From Octopus sinensis (Eukaryota): DNA of 64,000 bases. The notes beneath the pieces were generated by a model. It was not told the origin of the DNA. It worked only from the letters and a program-made list of their open reading frames with translations, and ran no database searches. Positions 23,500 to 40,170 of this stretch are shown here, one piece after another; the first letter of the stretch is position 1, and every line of letters starts with the position of its first letter. The stretch spans positions 1,178,001-1,242,000 of the forward strand of contig NC_043005.1 in the NCBI RefSeq assembly GCF_006345805.1, in the 5' to 3' direction. The translations under genes and the position numbers were made by a program.

Positions 23500-25075
23500 A
23501 CACAGACTTATACATAAAATATTTGAAAAAACCTTTTTATCGGTTCAAAATGAACAACCAAATTATACCATCTTGAAAGTTGTATGTCATAGGAAAGTTA
23601 AAACTAAAGTGACAATTAAAGGGTAAAGATGGAAGTGAATTATAAAGATAATAATATAATATGATGTATATAACAGGCAATACACACATCTACACCACAC
23701 ACAGATTTTTCCTTCAATGTATGTTGAGTAAAGTTTCAGCCATTTAATTTGGGGGAGAACTTAGCTATGAAATGTTTTTCCATATTCCCTGAAGGGGGTG
23801 TCATTCTTCGGACACTTGTAGAAGGGAAATATCTTAAATTTCCTTCTCCACATGTAGCTAGGTGTGTGCTTAGTGGTATTTTGCGTAGTTCTTCCTGCCG
23901 AATATGTTGTCGGTGGATCCTGGCTCGCTGGCACAAAGAATTACCAGTTTCTCCTACGTAATTCTCCTTGCATGGGGGGCAGGTTATGCAGTATATGACG
24001 TTCTGCGTCTTGCAGTTCATATCTGCATTTACTTTGAATATGACACCATTTTTAAATCTTATCTCTCTGTTGCTCTCTATGTATTTGTAGGTGGGGTTGC
24101 TGCAGGTCCCACATCTACCATCTCCGCACTCTTTTGCAAAGAATTCCGTTTTAGTTTCTGAAGAGAATTTCGCTCTTGTTAGGTGTTTTTTTAGGTTTTT
24201 GTCCTGTCGTCTACTGTTTTTTATGCTATATTTGTTTAATATGTTTTTCATTTTGGGGCTCTGTAAGGCTATTGGTAGGTTTGAATGTATGGTTTGGAAG
24301 ATGTTGGTAACTCCAGGGTTGTGTGTGTTTATAAAAGGGATAGTGTTTTCTTTGTTTTTTGTTTTGGGTGTCCTGAGTTGTGTGATGTCTAGTTTTAATG
24401 CTCTTGTGATTCCATTTTCTATTAGTTTAAGGGGGTATTTTTGCTCTAGGAGGAAGCTTTTGAGTTCATCTAGTCTTATTAATCGTATTTGTGAATCAGT
24501 TACTATGCTACATATTCGTCATGCCATACTATATGGGATGTTCTTTTTGTGGGATGGGTGGCAGGAGTGGAAATGGCAAGTAATTTAAGTATGATGTGTG
24601 TCAGTTTTTTGTAGTGGATGTCTGTTGTGACGATGGAGTTGTGTATTTTGATGTTGATGTCTAGGAAGGGAAGTTCGTTGTGGCTGGTATCTATTGTGAA
24701 ATTGATAGATGGGTGCAGCGTATTGAGGATGTTGTGGAATGTTTGTAGGTCCTCTTCTGATCTGTTCCAAAAGATGAAACAGTCATCGAGGTAGCGTTTC
24801 CACTTTTTTCTTGATGTCTTCTCTGAAGTCGTGTTCGAAGACTTTCCCTATTCGTCATATAGTTTTTTCTCCAGGAAGCCCATCACTAGGTTGGCATATG
24901 AAGGTGCGAATTTTGTACCCATAGCCGTGCCTTTTATCTGTCGGTATGTCTTGTTGTTGAATGAGAATGTGTTTTCTTCTAGTATTAGTTGGGTGGCTTG
25001 GGTGATAAAGTTTGTCTTGAAGCGTTCATCTATAAGTTCTCTGTATTTTTCTATTGATTGTTTTATAGCTTCTAG

Positions 25076-25078
<3 letters not shown>
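23500..25078 (-). mobile_element. Penelope-like element, Neptune type (RT, thumb, Cys-rich linker, GIY-YIG), 5'-truncated and frameshifted
   Basis: RQIKGTAMGTKFAPSYANLVMG and RYLDDCF (RT); ORF 23736-24251 has CGDGRCGTC...NVIYCITCPPCKENYVGETGNSLCQRARIH. Confidence 0.9.
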
Positions 25079-25128
<50 letters not shown>

Positions 25129-25607
25129 GTGTGGATTTGTCCTTGAATTGGAATGGTTTCCAAAAAGATTTCTAATGTTCGTTCTTCATATTTTGCTGAG
25201 AATTTACTGGTGTAAATTGGTGTAGATATGAAACGTTGTATTAGTATAATAAGTGTATAATTAAGTTATAGAATTAAGTTCTAGAAATCTAATCATATTT
25301 GTCAATAAAGGAGGTGATAGGACGTTAAAAATTTGTTAGATGTTTATTCATGCTTACGATTGTCTCGTACATAGACATATATTCATTTTCAGAATTTGCA
25401 AATATCAAAGTACTCATCAGTGCAGAAAAAATGAGAACTTAAAAGAAAGAGCAGAGAAGTTGGACGTATGTGTTTCATGTCTATTTGTTCCTATCCCTGT
25501 GTAATAGTGTTGAGAGTCATGTTAATTATGAAACCAGTGTCTCAATAATTGACATGACTCCCACATATATGTGTGTGTGTGTGTGTTATTAAATGCTAAT
25601 GTACATT

Positions 25608-26014
25608 AGGCACAGAAGTGGCTGTGTGGTAAGTAGCTTGCTTACCAACCACATGGTTCCGGATTCATTCCCACTGTGTGGCACCTTGGGCAAGTGTCTT
25701 CTACTATAGCCTCGGGCTGACCAAAACCTTGTAAGTGGAGTTGCTAGATGGAAACTGAGAGAAGCCTGTCATGTATATATACGTATATGTTTGTGTGTCT
25801 TGTGTTTGTTCAAACCACTATCGCTTGACAACCGATGCTGGTGTGTTTACATCCTCCATAAATTAGTAGTTCAGCAAAAAGAGACTGATAGAATAAGTAC
25901 TAGGCTTACAAAGAATAAGTCCTGGGGTCGATTTACTCAACTAAAAGGCGGTGCTCCAGCATGGCCGCAGTCAAATGACTGAAACAAGTAAAAGAGTAAA
26001 TGAGAGTAAAGAGT
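25608..26014 (+). mobile_element. Full-length CORE-type SINE
   Basis: GGCTGTGTGGTAAGTAGCTTGC...CCTTGGGCAAGTGTC...GGCGGTGCTCCAGCATGGCCGC...AAAGAGT. Confidence 0.9.
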
Positions 26015-26029
26015 ATATGTATGTGTGTG

Positions 26030-26073
<44 letters not shown>

Positions 26074-27351
26074 TTCAAATATTGAGGATGTAATTTCGTT
26101 GTAAGAGCTTAAACAAAAATAAAATCTGGATATCAACTGGTGTTATCAAATATATTGAGAGGAAGTTTCACAATACATATGGATAAACTGTCCAATAATG
26201 TGCAAAGTTGATATAAGAAAATGGAGAAGAAATATAGCGAACACTGAGTTAATTTGATCTGTATTACGATGAAAAACGTAAAACATATAAGATTTGAGAT
26301 TTAAATGAACAGAATCAACAAAAGAAATAAAAAGAAATGAATCCTACATCATATGTTTCAATCAAGCCATTAGGTTCAGATCATCCCTATTTAAGCGATG
26401 TTAGATGTAAAATAGCCCCACACTATGGCTGGATATCATTAGGTCGGATGCTTACTTTCTGGTGATGAGCAGCGAAATAAGATGAGGACCACATTTTTCA
26501 ATGTTCAAATAATGTAACCAATAATTTATTAGGATGCGAAAGTTGTGTAGGGTGATAGTATCTAATGAAATCTTGCTAAGCTACTATAATGTATTTAAAA
26601 AAGAGACTTAAAAGTGTTAGGGGACATAAAGTAAGCATTTTATTAGAATATGGGATGTTATGGGCTGTTAAGGGTATTGAAGACAAAGTGAGAGATGAAA
26701 TATATTTTTGATGGGGGGGGGGGAGGCATAAATGATTTCGGATATAAAAGAGAAAAATAATTCGATATTATATACTAAAATAACTATTAATTATTTAGCA
26801 TTTCAATGTACTATCATATACATTCCACTATTTAGAGAAAAATTATAGTTTACATACTTCGGAGAGGAATTTAAACATTGATGAGAAAAAAATTAAGTAA
26901 GGGTATAGAGAGAAATAGAATTTTTGAGGGGGCAAAAATAACAAAATGTGACAAAGTGGGAGAAAAGTGGGAGAAGAAACACAAATAATTTTTTATGTGG
27001 AGTATAAGATACAAAAAAGATTAAGAAATAGAAGAGAACAAAGGAGATAAGTTATTTCATATTGTCTACTACGATACTATTTTAGAATGTATTTTGGAGA
27101 GAAGTTATAACTATTATTATTTAGTATTTCAATGGACTAAGTCATACTTTCCATTGTTCAGAGAAAAAGTATGAAGTATATAAAAATTATAGTGCACTTA
27201 CTTCTGAGAGGAATTTACATATCTATGCGAAAAATTTTTTTTAAATGTGAGGTAGTTTTTATAATTCATCACATTTTACTAAAGTATAATTGTAATAACG
27301 AGTAATCTCCCTTTGTTCTTGTGGTTGAATTTTTTTTTCTTCAGTGTTTTA

Positions 27352-27420
27352 TTATGATTGATTGATTGATTCCAGTTTCAGCTCATGAGCTGTGGCCATG
27401 CTGGGGCACCGCCATTTTGT
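27352..27420 (-). mobile_element. Extreme 3' tip of family-A LINE
   Basis: GATTGATTGATT-CCAGTTTCAGCTCATGAGCTGTGGCCATGCTGGGGCACCGCC matches 13540-13585. Confidence 0.8.
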
Positions 27421-27554
27421 GAAAACAAAATTATGATGAAAACAAATTATCATTTGTTTTACTAAATAAGATTTGTGGATAATATGTATATATATATATA
27501 TATACATACATATACACATGCACACGTGGAATTTTTTAGGTGCATATGTAGACA

Positions 27555-27654
27555 NNNNNNNNNNNNNNNNNNNNNNNNNNNNNNNNNNNNNNNNNNNNNN
27601 NNNNNNNNNNNNNNNNNNNNNNNNNNNNNNNNNNNNNNNNNNNNNNNNNNNNNN
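27555..27654. other. Assembly gap (100 N)
   Basis: Run of 100 N; the true size and the orientation across it are unknown. Confidence 1.
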
Positions 27655-28695
27655 TACAGTCACACAAATCATTTAGATCATTACTAGATCGTTTTTTTTG
27701 TTTTGTATTACTGCTCTTGTGTAGTCTGGGTATAATATTCCTGTCTTTTCAGTATTAGGATAGTGTTTTGTGTCCTAGCTGCAGGGGGGGGGGTTTGTTT
27801 CTATTTGTGTAATACACACAAGTTTAACATCATTAGTAGATGATCTATGCTATATTAGGTTTTGCTAAGACATCCGATCCTTATTCCTTTATTATTAATT
27901 CTAGTACTGTATTAAGTAGAAGTGAAATGTTATCTATTTGGAATGGATACCCTTCTTGCCATAAGGTAAGATAAGCCAAATACTATTATTATCAATCATC
28001 ATCATCATTAATTTTTTTGAGGCGTTTTTGTTGTTTCTATCTGGTGGTGATGTTTTATATATGGAATATGTTTCTTACGTTTTAAGTATTTATTAATTTT
28101 TTTTTTTATTTAATCATTAGTTGGATTCATGTTGAATGGGATTCATATTTTATTATTATTACTATTATTATAATCATCATTATATTGGAATATTTTTGAA
28201 AATTTCCATTGTTGCTTATTCATGCGAATTATTGGTTCATTTTATTTATAAACAATTCATCATTATCATCTGGTTGTCTGTTTGCAGGTTATCCTTATTT
28301 GTTTCAAATTTCATTTTCTGTGTATATCCCTGCCTTAGCTAATCTGAGTTATAAAAATTCCTTAGTTATATTAAATAAAAATTTCTTGACTAGATGAGAG
28401 CTAATTAATTCGGTGTTGAATAGTTTTAACTAAACATTTAGTGATTGTTTTCGGGTGATTACTTCATATTAATATATATGCATCTTTGAATTAGGTTTGT
28501 GGATATGGCGCATGGTTACCTCTGTGAGTAAATTAAAATTAACATCTAGAAACTTTACGAGCTACGCACACTTTCTACAGAAATTTTAACACCAAATGTA
28601 TAAAGAATTGAAAAGAATTTTTTTCTTGTAAATATCTAATTTTCTTTACTGTAGCTTTAAAATGAGTACACTTCGTAACTGTCACCGCTACCACA

Positions 28696-28738
28696 TGAAC
28701 CTGAAGATTGCATATTTTAGCATGAAAGAACTAGTTCA
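28696..28738 (+). ncRNA. Hammerhead-like motif, partly degenerate
   Basis: Stem I TGAAC/GTTCA, CTGAAGA, short stem II TGC/GCA with a T.T closing mismatch, GAAA and CTA triplet. Stem III is not palindromic. Confidence 0.45.
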
Positions 28739-28869
28739 ATCAGAATGGACATTTAATATTCTATCATTTTATATATTATAATTATAAGATTGTAAATAAA
28801 GTGTGAAAATCAGACAAAGTTGGAATTTTCTTTGAGTAATATATGTATAAGCATACACACTATACATAT

Positions 28870-28886
28870 ACCACACAACCACACAT

Positions 28887-28917
<31 letters not shown>

Positions 28918-28944
28918 TATATATAGATACATATATATATATAC

Positions 28945-28991
<47 letters not shown>

Positions 28992-29312
28992 CATTATTAT
29001 ATCTAACATATATATATATACATATATATACATATATATATATACTATATATATACATATATATATACATATAATATATACATATATATATACATATATT
29101 ATACATATATATATATACATAATATATACATATATATATATACATATATATATACTTATATATATATACAATATATCTATATATATATATACATATATAT
29201 AGTACTATATATATATACCTATATATATATCCATATATATATATACATATATATATACATATATTATATACATATAAAATACATATATATAACATTATAT
29301 ATATAACATATA

Positions 29313-29343
<31 letters not shown>

Positions 29344-29566
29344 CATATATAATACATATAATATACATATATATATACATAATATATACATTATTATACA
29401 TATATATATATACATAGTATATACTATTATATACATATATATATATACAAATATATATACATATTATATACATATAAATACACATATATATATATCTACA
29501 TATATATATATATATACACATATATATATATACATATATATATATATATCTACAATATATAGATAC

Positions 29567-29599
<33 letters not shown>

Positions 29600-29629
29600 C
29601 ATTCTATATATATACATATGATATATATC

Positions 29630-29663
<34 letters not shown>

Positions 29664-29738
29664 TATACATATATATACATATATATATATATATCTATAC
29701 CATATATATACATTAATATACATATATATATATTATAC

Positions 29739-29785
<47 letters not shown>

Positions 29786-29871
29786 CATATAATATATATA
29801 CATATATATATATACATATATAATATATCTATATATATATATACATATATATATACATAATATATATATAC

Positions 29872-29938
<67 letters not shown>

Positions 29939-30069
29939 CATATATATACATATATATATACATATATATATTATACATATATTATATATACATATATATA
30001 ATATATATACATATAATATATATATATATACATATATATACATATATCTATACATATATCTATATATAC

Positions 30070-30104
<35 letters not shown>

Positions 30105-30197
30105 CATTATATATATCATATAATATATACATTATATATATATATCATATACAACATATATATACATATATATATATATACAATAATATATCTATAC

Positions 30198-30228
<31 letters not shown>

Positions 30229-30229
30229 C

Positions 30230-30262
<33 letters not shown>

Positions 30263-30700
30263 CATATATATACCTATATATATATACATATATATCTATA
30301 TACATATATATCATATCTATAATATATATACATTATCACATATATACATATCATATTCCCATATATATACCTATATATACTATCTATCTATTAACATATA
30401 CTCATCATATATACCTAATATATATAATCCATATATACCTATATATATATACGATATATACATATATATAATACATATATATATATATACATAGATATAT
30501 ATCTATATACATATATCTACATATATATAATCCTATATATATATATATACATACATATATCTATATATATGATATATATACTACAATATATATCATATCT
30601 ACATATATATATATATAATCCATATATATACCTATATATCTATATCTACATATATATATATATACATACATATATATATCTATATATAACATATATAAAC

Positions 30701-30741
<41 letters not shown>

Positions 30742-30747
30742 ATATAC

Positions 30748-30780
<33 letters not shown>

Positions 30781-30862
30781 CATACATATATATATACATA
30801 CATACCTATATATATCATACATATATATATACATACATACATATATATATACAATACATATA

Positions 30863-30893
<31 letters not shown>

Positions 30894-30927
30894 TAATATA
30901 ATACCTATATATTATATATATACTATA

Positions 30928-31010
<83 letters not shown>

Positions 31011-31114
31011 CTATAATATAATATATCTATATATATATATATAATATACTATATATATATATATATATATCATATCTATAAATATATATATATATATACA
31101 TATACTATATATAT

Positions 31115-31172
<58 letters not shown>

Positions 31173-31222
31173 CATATATAATATATATATCTATATATAT
31201 ATACATATATATATTATATATA
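28870..31222. repeat. ~2.35-kb interrupted (TA)n array
   Basis: Direct reading; the plus strand is interrupted mostly by C and has very few G. Confidence 0.95.
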
Positions 31223-35120
<3,898 letters not shown>

Positions 35121-35620
35121 AAAGAGTTCTTTAGATCCAGGGGTAATTTTGCATTGGTAAACAATATTTTTAATTCTGCAATCTCCCAAATAAAACTTGC
35201 ATCCTCAATGGAAATTGCAGAATTAAAAATGTTTACCAAAGCAAAATTACCTCTGGATCTAAAGAACTCTTTGATATCAGATTGGCTTCTATCAAGTTGA
35301 AAATCCATATCGCACTTTTAAATACAGTCATAAGTGTAATTTTACAGCTAAATTGGCATCTTAAAGACTCTAATAAACATTTTTCTTTGGATTGAAAACT
35401 TTTATCAAGACCATTTCCCTATGATAAAGGGAAATCTTTCTGTCCTCTTTGTATGGATGGGCAACTATCTATTCTCTTTTCTAAACTTAAACTGGTCAAC
35501 ACCTTTACTGAGCGTGTTTACAGGTGTTTGCATTGGAAAAAACACTCATTTACCTTTTTTAAATAATATCTACCCCTCACCTCCTAAACTACCTGCATCA
35601 ACTTGCAATAAAAGCAGGTA
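35121..35620 (+). mobile_element. Naiad-type PLE GIY-YIG 3' fragment with a 5' inverted (fold-back) duplication
   Basis: Plus strand reads WHLKDSNKHFSLD*KLLSRPFPYDKGKSFCPLC...RCLHWKK, homologous to 44874-45100. The inverted arm reads [23 protein letters not shown] on the minus strand. Confidence 0.8.
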
Positions 35621-35699
35621 GTAATTTTACCTTGTCTTTATTCTTAGTACAAGTTTTGAAGAGTGCAGTTCGATTTTAGCAGTTACTTTTTCAAAGTTA

Positions 35700-36780
35700 T
35701 AATGGAAGTGACAAAGGAGCATATTTGGCATATTTTGTTTTATGAGCTCAATAAAGGCAACAATGCAATGGAAAGTGCAAGGATAATTAATGCAGGACAA
35801 TAATTGTAAGCGAGTGTCAATGGTGGTTCCAGAAATTCCGAGCTGGAAACTACAGCCTAGAAAATCAGTCTTGTCCTGGAAGATCTTTAGACCTCAACAA
35901 AGATGTCCTGCAAACCCTGGTGGAACAAAATCCCATTATAACTATTGATGAACTAGTAGAGAAGCTTGGATGGTCATTCAACAATTCATTGACACCTGCA
36001 TCGGAAAAGTCAGCAAATTGGGTCAATTGGTGCCTCACAAACTTTCTGAGTCTAATCACGTGCAGAGTGCAAATGTGTGCTCTTCTTTGCTGTCATATCT
36101 CAAGAATAAACGTTTTTTGGATTGAGTAGTGACTGGTGATGAGAACTGGGTTCTCTATAAAAATGTCAAGTGCCAAAGACAGTGGGTAAGGAAAGGAGAA
36201 ACACCAGCATCCCAGGCTAAAGAAGGTTTTCACCTATGTAAAGTGTTATCTGTTTGGTGGGATATGAGAGGTTTAGTCCAGTTTGAACTTTTAAACTCAA
36301 ACCAAACGATAACAAAGGAGATCTACTGAGAGCACGCTGAGCAACTTAAGTCAGTGCTAGAAGAAAAAACGGACCATTTTTGGTTTCAAGACGAAAGGTA
36401 TTCTTCCATCAGGATAATGTTTGGCCACATACAGCAAAGATGATGTTCAAAAGGCTGGAGCAGTTTCAATGGAAAATGAACCCCCATCCAACATATTTGC
36501 CAGACACTGACCCATCTGATTATCATTTATTCTGCAGTCTTCAAAATCGTTTGCACAGAAAAAATATAAATTCTGTAGATGAAGTCAGAACAGTACTGGA
36601 GGAGTATTTTTTGTCACGAACAAGTGAATTTTGGAGGGGGGGGGGCTTTCAAGTCTAGCAGAACATTGTAGAAAATGAAAGAGAGAATATTTTAGATTAC
36701 AAAAGAACTTTGTTTATCTTAATTTTGAAAAATAAAAGTATTATAAAAAAACTGCATTATTTATGGGATAACCCAATATA
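35700..36780 (+). mobile_element. Mariner (DD34D) transposon relic
   Basis: VTGDENWVLY, FHQDNVWPH and HPTYLPDTDPSDYHLF. Right TIR-like TTATGGGATAACCCAATA at about 36760-36779. Confidence 0.85.
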
Positions 36781-37949
36781 TATCAATATATATATACCAT
36801 GCCAGCATGGATGGTGGACATTAACGATGATGATGATGATATATATTATATATACATACATTTATATATAAATATATATATTATATATATATATATATAC
36901 ACATACACACATACATACATGCATACCTCCAAAACCTAAACTTATATAAAACTAAACTTAAAAGAATTAGTGATTGTGGAAGAGAGAGGTTTCCAGTAGA
37001 AGTTAGAGAACTGCATTCTTGGAACAATCTTTACAAAATGGAAACAAAACCAACATTATCAAATACACTGAAAACATTTCCATTTTCTATGAAATAAACA
37101 TGGTGTATAATGCTTACTATTTGTTAATGTTTAAAGAAATATCATTTCATTGGATAAAATCCAGAAAGAATGCAACCCACTTTCCCTCATATTCTGAAGT
37201 GAATTCAAGTACCCCCCCCCCCCATCCCCCACACACAAACACACAATTAGGTTTTCCAGATCATAAATTTAGTTGTGAAAATTCAGTTTCTCAAAATAAA
37301 GTTGAGTGTGTGTGTGTGTATTTCTTTCATTTGTTTTAACCAGCTTGCTACTACAGCACCAACTTCACACTTCAGTGCCAGATGCCTTTTATGTCATCTG
37401 TGTACATTCAAGAGTATTATTTATTGCAGTATTTCAACATCTCTTGTTGGGGAATCCTTGAATTCATGAGGATGATCCACTTTGGTGTTAGGCTTTTGCA
37501 GATCTGTGATGCCAGAGAGAAATGCATGCAGATATCATTTAAAAGTTTCGGAGAATGAAGTGGGATTAGTCTTTTGAGAGGCAGTTATATCATTGCAAGG
37601 CTTTAAATGTGAACTGCTGATTTCAGACGAAAGAATTTAAGGCTTCCTAGTCTACTTGAACTTACAAATATTTTCCATATATGATACCATATCATTGCAG
37701 TTGGTGTTCCAAGTAGTAGATACGTTATAGTTTAGTCCCAGGTAAGCTCTGACTGAGAAGACTTATGGTCAAAGGTATTCTAACTATAACCATCACTCTA
37801 TTTTTTTCAATATGTAGGGAGCCCAGGACTACATCATTCAATGAACTCTTTTTTTAAAATAAAAGGATTGATTTAAGGGAGATTTGGCTGCTATTTCTAG
37901 CAACTCAAGCAATCATGTAAAGACATCTTCTTTGGCTTCAGCAGAAATG

Positions 37950-39500
37950 TAATACAGAAAAGTGTGCCCAGTAATTTAGATTTCTAACCTTGCTTACAGA
38001 TTTGCTGGATGCTTTTTCCAATCTTTCATTACCAAGTAAAGGCCTGGACTGCTTCAAGATCATAAATACAAGCTGTAAATCAACCTGATTAGGGATCTCC
38101 AAGGTGTTAATATCACTAATGGATTCCTCATAACCAATGTTCTCAATCCCCAGCCACTGAGCACTTGACAGGTTATCAACACTTTAGGTTCAGAGTTTTA
38201 AACCATTTTCTCCGGCTAAATGTGACTTCTAAATCTTGTTAGGACAAATCTCTCTCCAAATATTGTTGTTTGCTGCCTTGATCCTTTGCATCATTTTAGT
38301 CTTGTCTACAGAACTACTGAGTGCGGCCAAGTGCATATGTCCTTTGTTTCTATCTGACAACATTGAACAACAAAACCCAGAATACTGCATTACAATCTTT
38401 TCAGATAGGAAAAGCACTGGGTAACACTTTCTGACAGTCTTTCAGGAAATCAAAGACCCTAATTCAAAATCTTCCTCTTACTTGACTGATTTATAGCTGG
38501 AATTCTAAGACTCCAGGATTGATTTCACAAAACAATTCTCAAGATTTACACAATCAACCGTTGAGCCAGTTGGTAGACTTTTCAAAAATTGACCTGGTTT
38601 TTGTAGAACTTGTGCAAGACAGTGGAATCATTAAAAAGTTTCTGCTTAAATAATCTATTCTTCCTCTGCATATAATTCTGTCCAGGAATTTTGGGAAAGT
38701 AGGGCGACACCAGAAGCCAGTAATCATTTGTTTGTTCCCTATTATCGTTCTTATGAATTGGTGTTGTTATTGTTTCTTTCAATATTTCTGGTAGCTGTCC
38801 AGTGGTTAAGTAGTTCTAATAGAATATTTTCAAAGGATTCGCAGGACTTGTGGAACTGGAGGGTCAGTTGGATTCCGAATGGAGTCTACATTAAGGTAGC
38901 TTATTAACGCAGTTCTGTCCGGTGGTTTTAAGCTTATATCTGCTAAGTTGCTGTGAGAATGGTAGAATATATCAGGCTGTTCAATTTGCTGCTCTTTTAT
39001 TGACTGGGAAAAGACACTGTTGTATTAGTTCTATGAGCCAGATGATGAAGAACTGTCCATATGCATGCCACCTTCACATTGAAGTGGACTGATTTTCAAT
39101 CAAGACTGGAGACACCCAAGCATATAGGAAGAAAATCTCTAGATTTGATGTCATTCACTTAAGAGTTCTTTCCTTGATCTTCACTGGATGGTCACCAATA
39201 CAGCTTCAAAGATTTTAATTTTAATCTTATTTTCAAATTTTGTTTATATCAGAACTGGGACATTGTGGTATTTTGTAACATCTGAAGGCTTCCTTACACA
39301 GTTTTGTCCATCACTGAGAACAATATTCCTTTTTGTTTTTCTATTAGGATACCAGTTCTCAGTATTTCTCTGTGCAAATATTGTTTGGTTCTCTTGACTG
39401 GGTTATTTAAAAATAAATTAACCTGTTTTACATGTGTGAATCTCTTCTTCTTCTCATTTTGGTGGAGGTCAACTTCCAAGAGTGGAAAATTGTGTCATTT
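37950..39500 (-). mobile_element. Old, highly degenerate LINE RT relic
   Basis: TPIHKNDNREQTNDYW...PYFPKI resembles the PIHK.G.....NYRPISLL..FSKI motif; many stops. Confidence 0.5.
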
Positions 39501-39856
39501 GTGATTAGAATGCCATTTTTAGTATTGAGAGCCAAAGAGTTTTATGGCCAGAAGAAAATGAGCTTATTTTAGTATGTATCATCTCTAGCTTGTTGGTGTG
39601 TGTATATATATATATATACCTGCACAGAAACACATATGTACATTTGTATATGTTTGCAATATGTGTGTGTGTGTGTCTATATATATACACACACAGAGAA
39701 AAATATAAAGAGCGACTGATAATAAAAAAAAAAAAGGTATGATGAGGGAGAGAGTGAAAGAAAGAGAAAAAGAAAAACAGTGATAGCTTCTACTACAGAT
39801 GGTTGGCTAGGTTACAGTACAATATAGAAAGTAACAAGTCAAAAACTTCAGCTCAC

Positions 39857-39937
39857 CTATCGGTTTGCTCACTAGTCCTACTAAGTCCAGGGTAGTAGTA
39901 GTCTGCACGGTCTTCCTGATCATATTTGTCATCATCC
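39857..39937 (-). CDS. Candidate 81-nt symmetric exon (unassigned)
   Basis: Acceptor CCTTTGCTTGCTTGTAG and donor AG|GTGAGC. Open frames are DDDKYDQEDRADYYYPGLSRTSEQTD or MMTNMIRKTVQTTTTLDLVGLVSKPI; no homology recognised. Confidence 0.35.
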
Positions 39938-40098
39938 CTACAAGCAAGCAAAGGATGGATGCATGCTAACAGTCTCCAGAAGGTTTAGGAAGTTAGAGCA
40001 GCATACCAGTCGACATAGTGACGTACGAGTATTTTGTGTTTGTGGGTGTTTTAGGGCAGGTCAACTCTTAAAGGTTTTTAAAAAAGATGAAGATTAAA

Positions 40099-40115
40099 TG
40101 AAAGAAATGGGGATG

Positions 40116-40163
<48 letters not shown>

Positions 40164-40170
40164 GAGAGAA
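40099..40170. repeat. (GA)n microsatellite
   Basis: Direct reading. Confidence 0.9.

Noticed and set aside
25380-25425. CTGATGAG...GAAA on the minus strand
   Set aside because: No convincing stem I or stem II pairing.
26780-27240. Loose ~320-bp direct repeat
   Set aside because: Too diverged and AT-rich to define or interpret by eye.
35650-35690. Expected hammerhead downstream of the plus-strand PLE fragment (TTGAAGAGTGC...)
   Set aside because: GAAA and the cleavage triplet are absent.
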